Assembly (NCBI GenBank): GCA_032718475.1
Contig: JAUCBJ010008587.1
Span: 1 to 47,525, forward strand
Source of the DNA: Nemertoderma westbladi
Taxonomy: Eukaryota; Animalia; Xenacoelomorpha
Direction: 5' to 3'
DNA length: 47,525 bases
A program made the position numbers and the translations under genes. The notes beneath the pieces were generated by a model. The model had not been told where the DNA came from, ran no database searches, and was given only the letters and a program-made list of their open reading frames with translations. Each line of letters begins with the position of its first letter. Position 1 is the stretch's first letter. Below are positions 1 to 11,133 of this stretch, in pieces.

Positions 1-2
1 TA

Positions 3-2078
3 CTCGCTACACTCATCGTAATGATACATATACGAGGACTCGCTGGTTCTACCCACGTATTCACTCGAGCGTGTTCTGACGTGATTGATTATTCTTTTGA
101 AACTCTTACGGAGATACAAAAGAAACTTCGACATGGACAATTCGAACTCGCGCAGCGTTACGTCACCGACACCGAACGCAAACCGGCCATGGGTATTGAT
201 GGATCAATGTTACCCCAACCTGTACTCGCAATGTTGTTTAACGAAAGAATTCTAAAAATCGGCTCAGCTGTTTATGGAGATCTCCAAAACGACTTCCGGA
301 ATATGGAGAACATCCCATACCCTTTCGTTGATACTCAGCTGATTGCTCCTTGGGCCGAAGGCCGAGGTTTCTTTCGCACTATGTATGCCAATACACCCAG
401 CGGCATTACTAAAGTACAACGGACATCCATCGGACATCTTGCCTTTCAAGAATATGGTTGGAATTTCAAAGTTGGAAATCCTATAAATTACCAGCAAGTA
501 TATGGAGATCATTACTCCCGTTTATATTTTGATGGACCATTAACTGCGCCTGGTGCCGTATATAGCTTTATGAGTGTTCCACTTCGCCCTTCTTTAGCTA
601 TATACACGATCTTTGAAAACGCAGCACTTGCCGGTTGGCTAGCCGATGTGTGCAGTCGTACCATACGCGCTCACCCGTTAATACTTGGAACTAAACTCAC
701 CAAGTTAGACGAACACAATAAGTTCATACGTTTCGAATGTTTCCGGCGCTTTCTGACTCCGTTCCGTAACGTCGATAGTCAGTTCAAAGATCGCGCGCTG
801 ACCAAGCTCAGTCTTAGAGACTCAGCTGCGGAGAAACTGAGTAGCGCTGGATTTGCCGTGTTTCAAGACGTTTGTATACAGAACTCACATTCATCTGTTA
901 TACAAAGACCCCGAATACCTACAGGTTATTCTGTCGTGGAAATACAGACAGTGGGTCCACTTACGGAAACCGACGCACCCACTTCGTCTATGCAGCTGGA
1001 GGATGAACCAGTATGCTTGGAATCCGAAGCGATTCAACCTACGGCTTCTCGGAGCAGTGAAAATGATTATGTCATAGAGTGGTATCAAGGTCCACAGCGT
1101 CTCACAGCGTATGATTATCGACACGCCAACTACGTTTCCCGAAAACGTTGTCGATTATGCGCATCAAGAGACCACTTCACTCCTCTCGACTCGAGCGTAC
1201 CTTGTTCCTATTTCCTCGAACAACCGATGATGGAAATATATTGTGCTTATTGCCGGCTTAATAACTCTCATATATTTGCCGTCTGCCCACAATTTATGAC
1301 TCAATGTCACTACTGCCAACTTAAAGGACACGAAAGTTACAATTGTCCCTTTAATCGCGATTTAGAGAGCGTAGACGAGATGATCACCCTGCGATACATC
1401 CGAGCTTGGGAAGCGAACGCAGATTTACATTGCGAATCCAGACATCGCTATTACCCTGGACGAGCTTACGAGGGAGTTTATGCGTTCCATCCTTATCTAT
1501 TCGCGTCGATTGAACAGAAAACACGCGTACCAAGTTACGAGTTAATGAAGCGTGTTGGTGAGTGTATTTCCACCAAGTTTGTCAGGAAATACCTTAGAAA
1601 CGTTAACCCTAATGATATAACCACATATCACCTGATCAATTTTATCCGTACGGACCCTGAGTATGGCGACATTTTTGTGAACTCGCATCCTGAACTCCAG
1701 GAAGTATCTCGGCGCCCATATGAATACCGAACCCGAGAACGCGAGCTGGAGAGAACCATTAAACCGAGAAAGTTCCTCACCACTCACGGTCCACCCACCG
1801 CTAGTGTCCAGACGATCCGTCAAGGACCCGTAGGAGCTGCTGTCTTGAGACGCGCTCTAAAGGCCGTTAGACCTCACTCCCCTGAGATTGATATTAATCA
1901 ACCAGGTACTTCGACCGGCGGGTATACCGATCGTAACCCTGCACCCTCTGATGCAATTATATTGCACCCTTCGCCTAGGAGCTACAGCCCTCCTCGTAAA
2001 GTGGCTCGCCCCAAAGAGAAAAGGACTCTTGTTAATCTTAAGAAACTGCGTAAACGCCGTCCGCGCAAGAAAGACTAA
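3..2078 (+). CDS. LTR-retrotransposon accessory ORF (>=685 aa): N-terminal DEDDy/WRN-EXD-like exonuclease-fold domain, three CCHC zinc knuckles, basic C-terminal tail; probably 5'-truncated by the window edge
   Basis: Frame is open upstream of the ATG at 21. LPQPVLAMLFNERILKIGSAVYGD...FVDTQLIA resembles the ExoII region of WRN/EXD2-type exonucleases. CRLC-H-C, CAYC-H-C and CHYCQLKGHESYNC lie at 1149-1346. Ends KKLRKRRPRKKD. Near-identical second copy at 44508-46202 (-). Confidence 0.75.
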   Translation, partial: LATLIVMIHIRGLAGSTHVFTRACSDVIDYSFETLTEIQKKLRHGQFELAQRYVTDTERKPAMGIDGSMLPQPVLAMLFNERILKIGSAVYGDLQNDFRNMENIPYPFVDTQLIAPWAEGRGFFRTMYANTPSGITKVQRTSIGHLAFQEYGWNFKVGNPINYQQVYGDHYSRLYFDGPLTAPGAVYSFMSVPLRPSLAIYTIFENAALAGWLADVCSRTIRAHPLILGTKLTKLDEHNKFIRFECFRRFLTPFRNVDSQFKDRALTKLSLRDSAAEKLSSAGFAVFQDVCIQNSHSSVIQRPRIPTGYSVVEIQTVGPLTETDAPTSSMQLEDEPVCLESEAIQPTASRSSENDYVIEWYQGPQRLTAYDYRHANYVSRKRCRLCASRDHFTPLDSSVPCSYFLEQPMMEIYCAYCRLNNSHIFAVCPQFMTQCHYCQLKGHESYNCPFNRDLESVDEMITLRYIRAWEANADLHCESRHRYYPGRAYEGVYAFHPYLFASIEQKTRVPSYELMKRVGECISTKFVRKYLRNVNPNDITTYHLINFIRTDPEYGDIFVNSHPELQEVSRRPYEYRTRERELERTIKPRKFLTTHGPPTASVQTIRQGPVGAAVLRRALKAVRPHSPEIDINQPGTSTGGYTDRNPAPSDAIILHPSPRSYSPPRKVARPKEKRTLVNLKKLRKRRPRKKD

Positions 2079-2156
2079 CTGTTTAGAGTATTTTTATATT
2101 TTAGAAACTGTGATTTTGTATATTTTATAGACTTAAATCCCATTTTCTGGGAGCGG

Positions 2157-3329
2157 TGTAAAAGCTTTTGTGGGATAACTGATTAGTTTGCCTTGTTGGC
2201 CAGTTCCCCCCCAGTCGCTAAGAATACTCTTAAAGTGATCTATAACTAAAAATAGTGCAAGTTACCAGCTTATTGGCTGATTTGCTATACGCAGGCATCT
2301 GGGCTCTGTTTAATCGGCCAACAAGCCTAGGGAGGTTGCGTCATAGCCTTGTGTTGTATCTCCCAATAGAATTTGAGTTAGCCTTGATTTCGACCTATCA
2401 CAGAGCACTGAACTGAAAATTTCCTATCTCACTGCTCTTTCTCTGTGTTGAACGGGAGCTTCGTGGAATAAGGGAGTTGGTATCCTCGTATAGAGCAGTA
2501 GTCACGAGTTTTTCAAAGCCACGAAAGAACGGCTTTGTAGTGTTTTATGTTTTATGCTTTTTAGCTCAACACTAGTAGGTTTAATTACAAGGACATATAT
2601 CCTTTAACGGACTGACCTTACATATCATACCTAATCAAACAACCTGTGCATACTTTTATATTGTTATACTGCTATTTACTGTCAGTTCTTCATAATATGG
2701 TTGATGAATTATTATATTGGAATAACGAGAAATAACCCCGACACCCAATATTCTTGATATACCGAAGGTAAGAGAGAAAGGTTACCAAAAACGATTGTGA
2801 CTTATGTTAAAGTGGTTTGAAGTGAATCTAATGTTATTTGATAGACCCTACATGAGTCAGTCTGTGTTCCTTTTATATGTGACTAAAATCAGTGAAGATC
2901 GGCAGATTAGTGTGCAGTATTGTGCAGCATTGTGTATGAGTGAGTCTGTTAAAGAAGCATTCCTAAAGAATGCGCCATATATGTGAATTATAATTAAGCC
3001 ATATCGTTGTGAGTAGTTTAAGTCATAACTCTGTTTATATAGATAAAGCGCCACGTCCTAAAGGAACTGTTAATATTCCCGAAGGTAAATAATATTGTCA
3101 GAGATTATATAATACTGTCAGTCGAATAATACATTAAGCTTACATAGCAATAAAATTAAACCGTCGAACCCAATCTCCCGGGAATATCCAGCGGGTGAAT
3201 GGTCGCGCACGGATTGGTTTCGACTAGTGTAGTGAATCAAATACTTGTCATAGGCTAAAAAGCGATTTAATATCTAGAAGACATCTTAATTTGGCGGGTT
3301 AAACTGCCAAAGGTCTGAAAGCGCGAACA
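2157..3329 (+). repeat. LTR (~1.17 kb, TG...CA)
   Basis: Homology to 6261-7435 and 43181-44429 (both inverted) ends at the TGT/ACA termini; AATAAA near 3149. Confidence 0.8.
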
Positions 3330-3993
3330 ATCCCTGTACGTATCCTGCTGCCGACCTCTTCCATACAGCTGGATCACTGGTGTTTTTTGTCACTCCCATC
3401 CTGTGTATGTCTTCCCAGGCAGCTTCCGATAAGTCAAACGGGAGTCCGGGTCCGGGGAAGTTCCATTGCGACTCGACAATAGACTTCAGTTCTTCCCTTG
3501 TGTATCCCGCATAACTATCCTTGGTCGATCGCTTACTTCTCGCCCAATCAATTTGGTGTTCCTCCACCGCAATCAATACCCTAGTGAGTACGGCTGCAGG
3601 AAGGATGAGAAGGGAATCCGAATAAACCGCATCTGCCATCTTTGCTCCGCGCTCGGGTGTCAGCTCTACAGTATCCGAACTACTGGAGCTGTCGGGCCGC
3701 TGAGAAATAAGTTCTCGGCTAGGGTGTTGTTGCTGTTTGACAGCTGCTTCTTGATCCCGCTTTACTTGAGCCCAAGTGCCTATGATAGACCTACGATGCT
3801 CTACAAGCCTAGGGTCTGACACTACTACTGTAGGGATGATCTTTCTTACAGTAGGAGGAGACTTGGACTTTGGTCTGGGATGTTCTATACTTTGATCTTG
3901 GTCACAGATCCTTTTAAGATGCTGTCTAAGTCTAATACTCATTCTAACACCCTCTAAGAGACTATCTGACAATGTTTGTGTTGTGTCAGACAT
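3330..3993 (-). pseudogene. N-terminal ~221 codons of an unknown ORF (possibly gag-like, from another element) cut by the copy-1 LTR insertion
   Basis: In the 235-aa ORF 3286-3993, the last 14 residues (LFALSDLWQFNPPN) are read from the antisense LTR end. No recognisable motif. Confidence 0.45.
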
Positions 3994-4109
3994 GTTTGAT
4001 TGTACAGTTGAATTCCTACTGCTATATTACAGTTAAAGCAAGTCTAGTAATTCAGTATCACTGTTTGCCTAGTAATTAATTACCGATATCGTTACTCTAT
4101 GTAACGTGA

Positions 4110-4385
4110 TATATATATATAATATATTAGAATACCGGTATACACTTATAGTATATATATAAGTATTATTACAGACTAGGTTTGTCACAGAATACCGGTA
4201 TGTAATTTCAGCGCAAATATATAGCGATATATAATAAGCCTATCGTGAATACCGGTATACAGCTTACACTTATAGTATATATAAGTATAATTATGGACTA
4301 GAATTAATTACAGAATACCGGTATAATTTCAGCCTAAATTTATAGAAATAAATATAATAAGCCTATTGTAAATACCGGTATGTCA
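4110..4385. repeat. Degenerate ~60/120-bp tandem repeat with AATACCGGTA core
   Basis: AATACCGGTA at about 4131, 4191, 4248, 4314 and 4371, with alternating similar spacers. Confidence 0.7.
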
Positions 4386-5337
4386 ATTATTTTAGAATAA
4401 TTGAATTTCTGAACTTTAGGGGTTACTTGGTTACTTTACTTTACCTTATTACTGTTACTTAAGCAGTAGTCCAACTGATATTAAGACCTAATTGTTGTAT
4501 GACAGGCCTACTATTTTATAAATCGGTTTGAGTTGATTTATAATATGTATATACCCGTTTAATGGGTTTTTGTCAATATTTGAAATAAATGTTCTTATTT
4601 CTGGGAAAGAGTCACTGCACAGAAGCTGTACGCTCTCAGTGAAGTGCTACTTGTTGGACACTAAAACAAATAATTCTAATTTGCCTAAGTTACTTAATAC
4701 TACAAATTACGTACAATTCGGGGTGAGATTACAATCTCTAAATAAACACAAAAATTACACGTACGAATTTTTAGGGTAATTTTACAAGAAGTCTACAAAC
4801 CAGCCTAACAAAGGGTTAGAATATCTGGTTGTTACAAACGGACTGGATACTACGGTATTTGAAAGTACTAAAGCAGTAGTACATATACTGCGTTGTCCAG
4901 ATAGAAAAAATACCACCGTCTGATGACTTATAGCCGTGGCGCTATAAGTACTACGTTATGTATCACGGAGTGTTCCTACCTAGAAGTTAATTACCGCGGC
5001 CTACCAGAGCCAACGTGCCTATTAACCACTTTACAACACAAATATACAGCCTACACACTAATTACCTTCGGAAAGCACTGTACACTAAACCCTAAATTAG
5101 GTACAAGTACTTATACAACAAATAACCAGCAGTTAGAAATACTTGTACAGCTAAAGGAACCACGGTATCTGCCGGAGTGACCAAAGCATAAAATCTCCAG
5201 TCTTTACCTACGCCAAACAGCCCTGATGTAGTACCGGGGTTAATTTAACTATAACGGTATGTATAACAAGCACAATTACTGTAGGAATAAACTTGGGGGT
5301 ATGAATGTTGCGAATAATCGCATAAACTCTGAATAAT

Positions 5338-5912
5338 AAATATTACGCTACGCGTACAGACTACTCAAACAAAAATACAGACCAAACGCTGGCAGACTAC
5401 TATCAAGCCCAAACAAACTACAGTATATGCAGACTCCGAAATGGTTAGTTAGTATGCGTTCTAACCGAGTAGTACGACTTATTCTTTCAGGGGGATTTAC
5501 CTTACAGCACTGGATGCCACCCACTTTCCTAACTAGTACTTTATCGGACATACACTCTACACACACCGCAATCTCTTCAGACCTAACAACAGTCAGACAA
5601 CAGTCCAGCCTACAAATTATCTAAATAAGAAATATTACGCTACCCGTACAGACTACACAAACAAAATACAGACCAAACGCTGGCAGACTACTATCAAGCC
5701 TAAACAAACTACAGTATATGCAGACTCCGAAATGGTTAGTTAGTATGCGTTCTAACTGAGTAGTACGACTTATTCTTTCGGGGGGATTTACCTCACAGCA
5801 CTGGAAGTCCCTACGTTCCTAACTAGTACTTCATCGGACATACACTCTACACACACTGCAATCTCTTCAGACTTAACAACAGTCAGACAACAGTCCAGCC
5901 TACAAATTATCT
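5338..5912. repeat. Direct tandem duplication of ~290 bp (2 copies)
   Basis: AAATATTACGCTAC...CAGCCTACAAATTATCT at ~5338-5622 and ~5631-5912, highly similar. Confidence 0.9.
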
Positions 5913-6260
5913 GTACAATCTGAGCAGGCTTACACATCTTCTGCTCAATATTAACCTACAAATAAATAAAACTGACAGAAATAAGTAAACCATACAAAGG
6001 AATAAGGGGTGATCAATCCCTAATCCCCTAACAGCCTACAATTTATAATATATCACAATCGAAATAATACTGGTACCTGTACTGCAGTAAGTACCGGTTC
6101 GGGTGGTTAGGTAGTCAGGCCTACTGGTTACCGGTTGACCGGTACTTCAGCTTTATTGCCTACGTTGCAATACAGAAGCAATAACTGTTATTGTTCTTAC
6201 CAGAACAATAGACAACTATATTTATTGCCTACACTGCAATCAGAAGATTATAACTGTTAT

Positions 6261-7435
6261 TGTTCGCGCTTTCAGACCTTTAGCAGTTTAACCTGCCAAA
6301 TTTAGGTGTCTTCTAGATTATAAATCGACCTTAGCGTATGACGAGTATTTGATACACTACATTAGCCAAAGCCAGCCTATGTGCGACCATTCACCCGCTG
6401 GATATACCCGGGAGACTGGATTCGGAAGCTCTGACCTTATTGCGATGTAGGCCTACTGTATTATTCGATGGATTGTTAATATATAATCTCTGACCAATAT
6501 TATTCACTTTCGGGAAATATTAACAGTTCCTTTAGGACGTGGCGCTCTAAGTATGTAAACAGAGTCATGACTTACACTAAGCACAACAGGATGGCTATTG
6601 ATTCACGTATAAAGCGCATTCTTTAGGAGATGCTTTGTTATCTATCACACTCATGCACACTACCGCACACTGCTGCACACTGATCTGCCGACCTTCACTA
6701 ATTTTATTCACATATAAAGAGAACAGCCACTGACACATGTAGTGCCTATGAAATAGCATTAGATTCACTCCAAAACCAATATAATGTGAGTCGCAATTGC
6801 TATATGTAACCGGTCTCTTACCTTCAGTATATCAAGAAGATTGGGGTTTTATGATTATTTATCGATATTATCCAAATATAACAATATTCCATCAACTGAT
6901 ATAATTAATAACCAACAGTAAATAGCAATAAAATAATGCGGTGAAAGGTACGTATAGTTATGATATGATAAGTGTTAGATAGAATAACAGTTATACGTTT
7001 CTATGATCAAAGCCGTTCTAATGTTTGGCTAAAGTCTGAAACTTCCACAGAAGTACAGATGAATCCTAAGCCGGTGTTCTGGGCTTAGAAAGATACATAC
7101 TGACTGAATTGCGTGAGTTTCTATATGCACTGTCCAACACAAAGAAAATCGCTCTGATTGGTCGAGTGAGCCGAACAAAGAACAAGGGAAAAATTACACG
7201 TGTACATATCAGCTGATAGATGTCGTCATCGTAACTACACTGTATCAAGAGGATTTTGGCTTATTGCGACATAAAATCGCTAGTTATGTCCGCTAAAGTA
7301 CACATACAGAAGAAATGGCTTTTTATGTCCACTAAAACACCGGTACAGTAAGGAAACGGCTTTTTATGTCCGTTAAAACACCTACAGAGTACTTTGCGGG
7401 GAAAATAACTAGCTAGATCCGCAAAAGCCTTTACA
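6261..7435 (-). mobile_element. Solo LTR of the same family (more diverged)
   Basis: Starts TGTTCGCGCTTTCAGACC and ends GCAAAAGCCTTTACA, collinear with 43181-44429. 5-bp flanks GTTAT/ATAAT are not identical. No PPT or PBS adjacent. Confidence 0.75.
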
Positions 7436-7520
7436 ATAATAGATGATCAATTACCGTAATAGACTGAGTGAAACATTGAGCAAATCAATACAATCGTGGG
7501 AAAAAAGGGAAATAGAGTGA

Positions 7521-9291
7521 TACACTAGAACGGCCTTCCGTTGAAGGTACACTAGAACGGCCTTCCGTTGAAGGTACACTAGTACGGCCTTCCGTTGATG
7601 GTACACTAGAACGGCCTTCCGTTGAAGGTACACTAGAACGGCCTTCCGTTGAAGGTACACTAGAACGGCCTTCCGTTGAAGGTACACTAGAAGGCCTTCC
7701 GTTGAAGGTACACTAGAAGGCCTTCCGTTGAAGGTACACTAGAAGGCCTTCCGTTGAAGGTACACTAGAACGGCCTTCCGTTGAAGGTACACTAGAACGG
7801 CCTTCCATTGAAGGTACACTAGAACGGCCTTCCGTTGAAGGTACACTAGAACGGCCTTCCGTTGAAGGTACACTAGAACGGCCTTCCGTTGAAGGTACAC
7901 TAGAAGGCCTTCCGTTGAAGGTACACTAGAAGGCCTTCCGTTGAAGGTACACTAGAACGGCCTTCCGTTGAAGGTACACTAGAACGGCCTTCCATTGAAG
8001 GTACACTAGAACGGCCTTCCGTTGAAGGTACACTAGAACGGCCTTCCGTTGAAGGTACACTAGAACGGCCTTCCGTTGAAGGTACACTAGAACGGCGTTC
8101 CGTTGAAGGTACACTAGAACGGCGTTCCGTTGAAGGTACACTAGAACGGCGTTCCGTTGAAGGTACACTAGAACGGCCTTCCGTTGAAGGTACACTAGAA
8201 CGGCCTTCCGTTGAAGGTACACTAGAACGGCCTTCCGTTGAAGGTACACTAGAACGGCCTTCCGTTGAAGGTACACTAGAACGGCCTTCCGTTGAAGGTA
8301 CACTAGAACGGCCTTCCGTTGAAGGTACACTAGAACGGCCTTCCGTTGAAGGTACACTAGAACGGCCTTCCGTTGAAGGTACACTAGAACGGCCTTCCGT
8401 TGAAGGTACACTAGAAGGCCTTCCGTTGAAGGTACACTAGAACGGCCTTCAGTTGAAGGTACACTAGAACGGCCTTCCGTTGAAGGTACACTAGAACGGC
8501 CTTCCGTTGAAGGTACACTAGAACGGCCTTCCGTTGAAGGTACACTAGAACGGCCTTCCGTTGAAGGTACACTAGAACGGCCTTCCGTTGAAGGTACACT
8601 AGAACGGCCTTCCGTTGAAGGTACACTAGAACGGCCTTCCGTTGAAGGTACACTAGAACGGCCTTCCGTTGAAGGTACACTAGAACGGCCTTCCGTTGAA
8701 GGTACACTAGAACGGCCTTCCGTTGAAGGTACACTAGAACGGCCTTCCGTTGAAGGTACACTAGAACGGCCTTCCGTTGAAGGTACACTAGAAGGCCTTC
8801 CGTTGAAGGTACACTAGAACGGCCTTCCGTTGAAGGTACACTAGAACGGCCTTCCGTTGAAGGTACACTAGAACGGCCTTCCGTCACTAGAACGGCCTTC
8901 CGTTGAAGGTACACTAGAACGGCCTTCCGTTGAAGGTACACTAGAACGGCCTTCCGTTGAAGGTACACTAGAACGGCCTTCCGTTGAAGGTACACTAGAA
9001 CGGCCTTCCGTTGAAGGTACACTAGAACGGCCTTCCGTTGAAGGTACACTAGAACGGCCTTCCGTTGAAGGTACACTAGAACGGCCTTCCGTTGAAGGTA
9101 CACTAGAACGGCCTTCCGTTGAAGGTACACTAGAACGGCCTTCCGTTGAAGGTACACTAGAAGGCCTTCCGTTGAAGGTACACTAGAACGGCCTTCCGTT
9201 GAAGGTACACTAGAACGGCCTTCCGTTGAAGGTACACTAGAAGGCCTTCCGTTGAAGGTACACTAGAACGGCCTTCCGTTGAAGGTACACT
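7521..9291. repeat. 27-bp minisatellite (GTACACTAGAACGGCCTTCCGTTGAAG), ~65 units
   Basis: Near-perfect tandem array with internal AACGG-CCTT-CCGTT hairpin and recurrent 25-bp variants. Confidence 0.97.
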
Positions 9292-10199
9292 TGCGCAATT
9301 ACCGTTTAGTGTTTCAGACTGGGCATTTTACTTGGCATTACTTAGCCACTACTTGGGAATTACAGGTTGATGATAATGAATGAGGAGGGACCCAACTAAC
9401 ACTACGTTTGTCTATGGACGGTCTCCTTATAGCCAGCTAGCTTACTGCTTTTCTAGTTGAATCATATTATTCTGCAACCATATAATTTACTCTTTTTAAA
9501 CGAATTTGTGGTTTTTTTTGCCGGACTAACAAATTTTGGCGACGTTCTGTGCGAGATTGGCGATATTTGAAAAGATTCTGAGGCTCAAATATGTTGCTCA
9601 AATGACTGAATAGTCCAAATAAAAAAAGTTGGTGCATACTCGATGAGTTGAAATCGCTGAAATTCAACTTTAAATTTTCAAAACCGCTATTTTTCAGTGA
9701 ACCCGTGATCGAAACGCCACAAAAAATATACAGTCTTGTGCTCAACCAAAATTTATGTAGAGTTTGTTATTACAATTTTAGTTATTAAAGTTTTAAAGTT
9801 TATTATTAAAGTTTTTGAGATATTGAATGGTTATACACACACACACATACACATCCTGTTTTTGAACGGCTCAACTCTTGACCCACAAGAACTACCCTGG
9901 CCTATTAATAGGCATGCTCGTTATAATTAATTCGATACACCCCCATGCGGGGTAAAATGGCAACCAGTAAAAAATTTCAGATGTAATAAATTACAGAAAT
10001 ATATAGATTAAAATTAGTTATTGAGATACGAGAATGGAAAGAGGAGGACATTTTTTGCATTTCAGTGCGTGATAGCGTTTTGTACATATATAATAATATG
10101 TATAATTTTATACATATATACCGGCTTTTTTTCGACTGAAAATGTTAACCATTTGGGAAGGTTTTATGTATTTTATATGAAAAGGAGATTGCTAGGCAT

Positions 10200-11000
10200 A
10201 TTTCACAGGTAAAAAGTGGTAGTGATAATAAACGAATACATGGGATTAAAATACGCTTACCGGGAAGTAATAATATTGTGCTACTCAATAGTTATTTCCC
10301 GGTAGATACCCAGTCCAATGCTTCTGTTTCGGATGACACATTGCTTTTATTGCATGATATTTTGGATTTATTTAATAAAAATTCAGGTTGTAATTTATTG
10401 TGGTGTGGTGTTTTGAATGTTGATTTTTCGCGACAGACAATGCAAACAAGACATCTACGGAAATTTATTGACGGATGCTATTTAAATGTGATTTGGGATT
10501 CAATACCAATTGATTATACTTTTCTTCCCTGTGTAGATAGTAGAGTTTATATTTCAACAATTGATCACTTTATTTTAAGTACAGATTTACATAATAACTG
10601 TTTTGAGGCCGATTCTATTCATTCAGGGGCTAATTTATCAGGACATTCCTCTTTATGCCAAATTTTATATTGGGCCTGTAAGCCGTAGTGTGCTGTCTCC
10701 AGTTTTTCCTATTAGGTCAAATTTTGCAAAAGCGAATGTAAAACAATCCACACCGTGCTCAATACAAATAAGGTTGAAGAAACCGACTGAGCGGGTAAAG
10801 CGGGATAATTAATTAAACTTATTCGCAATTTACGTGGAAGCACTAACACTGTAAGTGACTGTGTAAATGGGGAAACAGAACCAAACCAGGATGGTTCTTC
10901 GGAAGATTTTGATGTTATAGAGAAGGAAATTAGTGCAGGTTTACGTGTCTTAAATGGTTCGCGGTGTTTTATAACTACAGAAATGATATATGAAACTGTA
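10200..11000 (+). mobile_element. Degenerate non-LTR retrotransposon fragment (apurinic endonuclease region)
   Basis: LLNSYFP...LLWCGVLNVDFSR...YTF...STIDHFILS...NLSGH matches the APE motifs (YxP, GDxN, IDH, SDH) in decayed form. Confidence 0.7.
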
Positions 11001-11133
11001 TATTAATAAACTTATATTAAACATTATTACCATTATATTATATTATAATATAATATATTGATTATATTATAAACTTATATTATAATATAATATATTGATT
11101 ATATTATAAACTTATATTAAGAAACTGTATATA

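Larger units (their letters stand above)
1..3329 (+). mobile_element. 3' part of an LTR retrotransposon (copy 1): accessory ORF, PPT, 3' LTR
   Basis: ORF stop at 2078, purine-rich GGGAGCGG at 2149-2156, then TGTAAAAGC...GCGCGAACA (2157-3329). Both boundaries recur in the other two LTR copies. gag/pol are not in the window, so the superfamily is unassigned. Confidence 0.8.

Noticed and set aside
1149-1346. Calling the 685-aa ORF gag or nanos
   Set aside because: It lies directly before the PPT and 3' LTR, has no capsid-like region I can recognise, and the knuckle spacing does not match Nanos or BEL gag.
1558-1652. 95-bp segment missing in copy 2 starts with GTGAGT, as if an intron had been spliced out
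   Set aside because: It ends in CG rather than AG, causes a frameshift and has GG microhomology; a simple deletion explains it.
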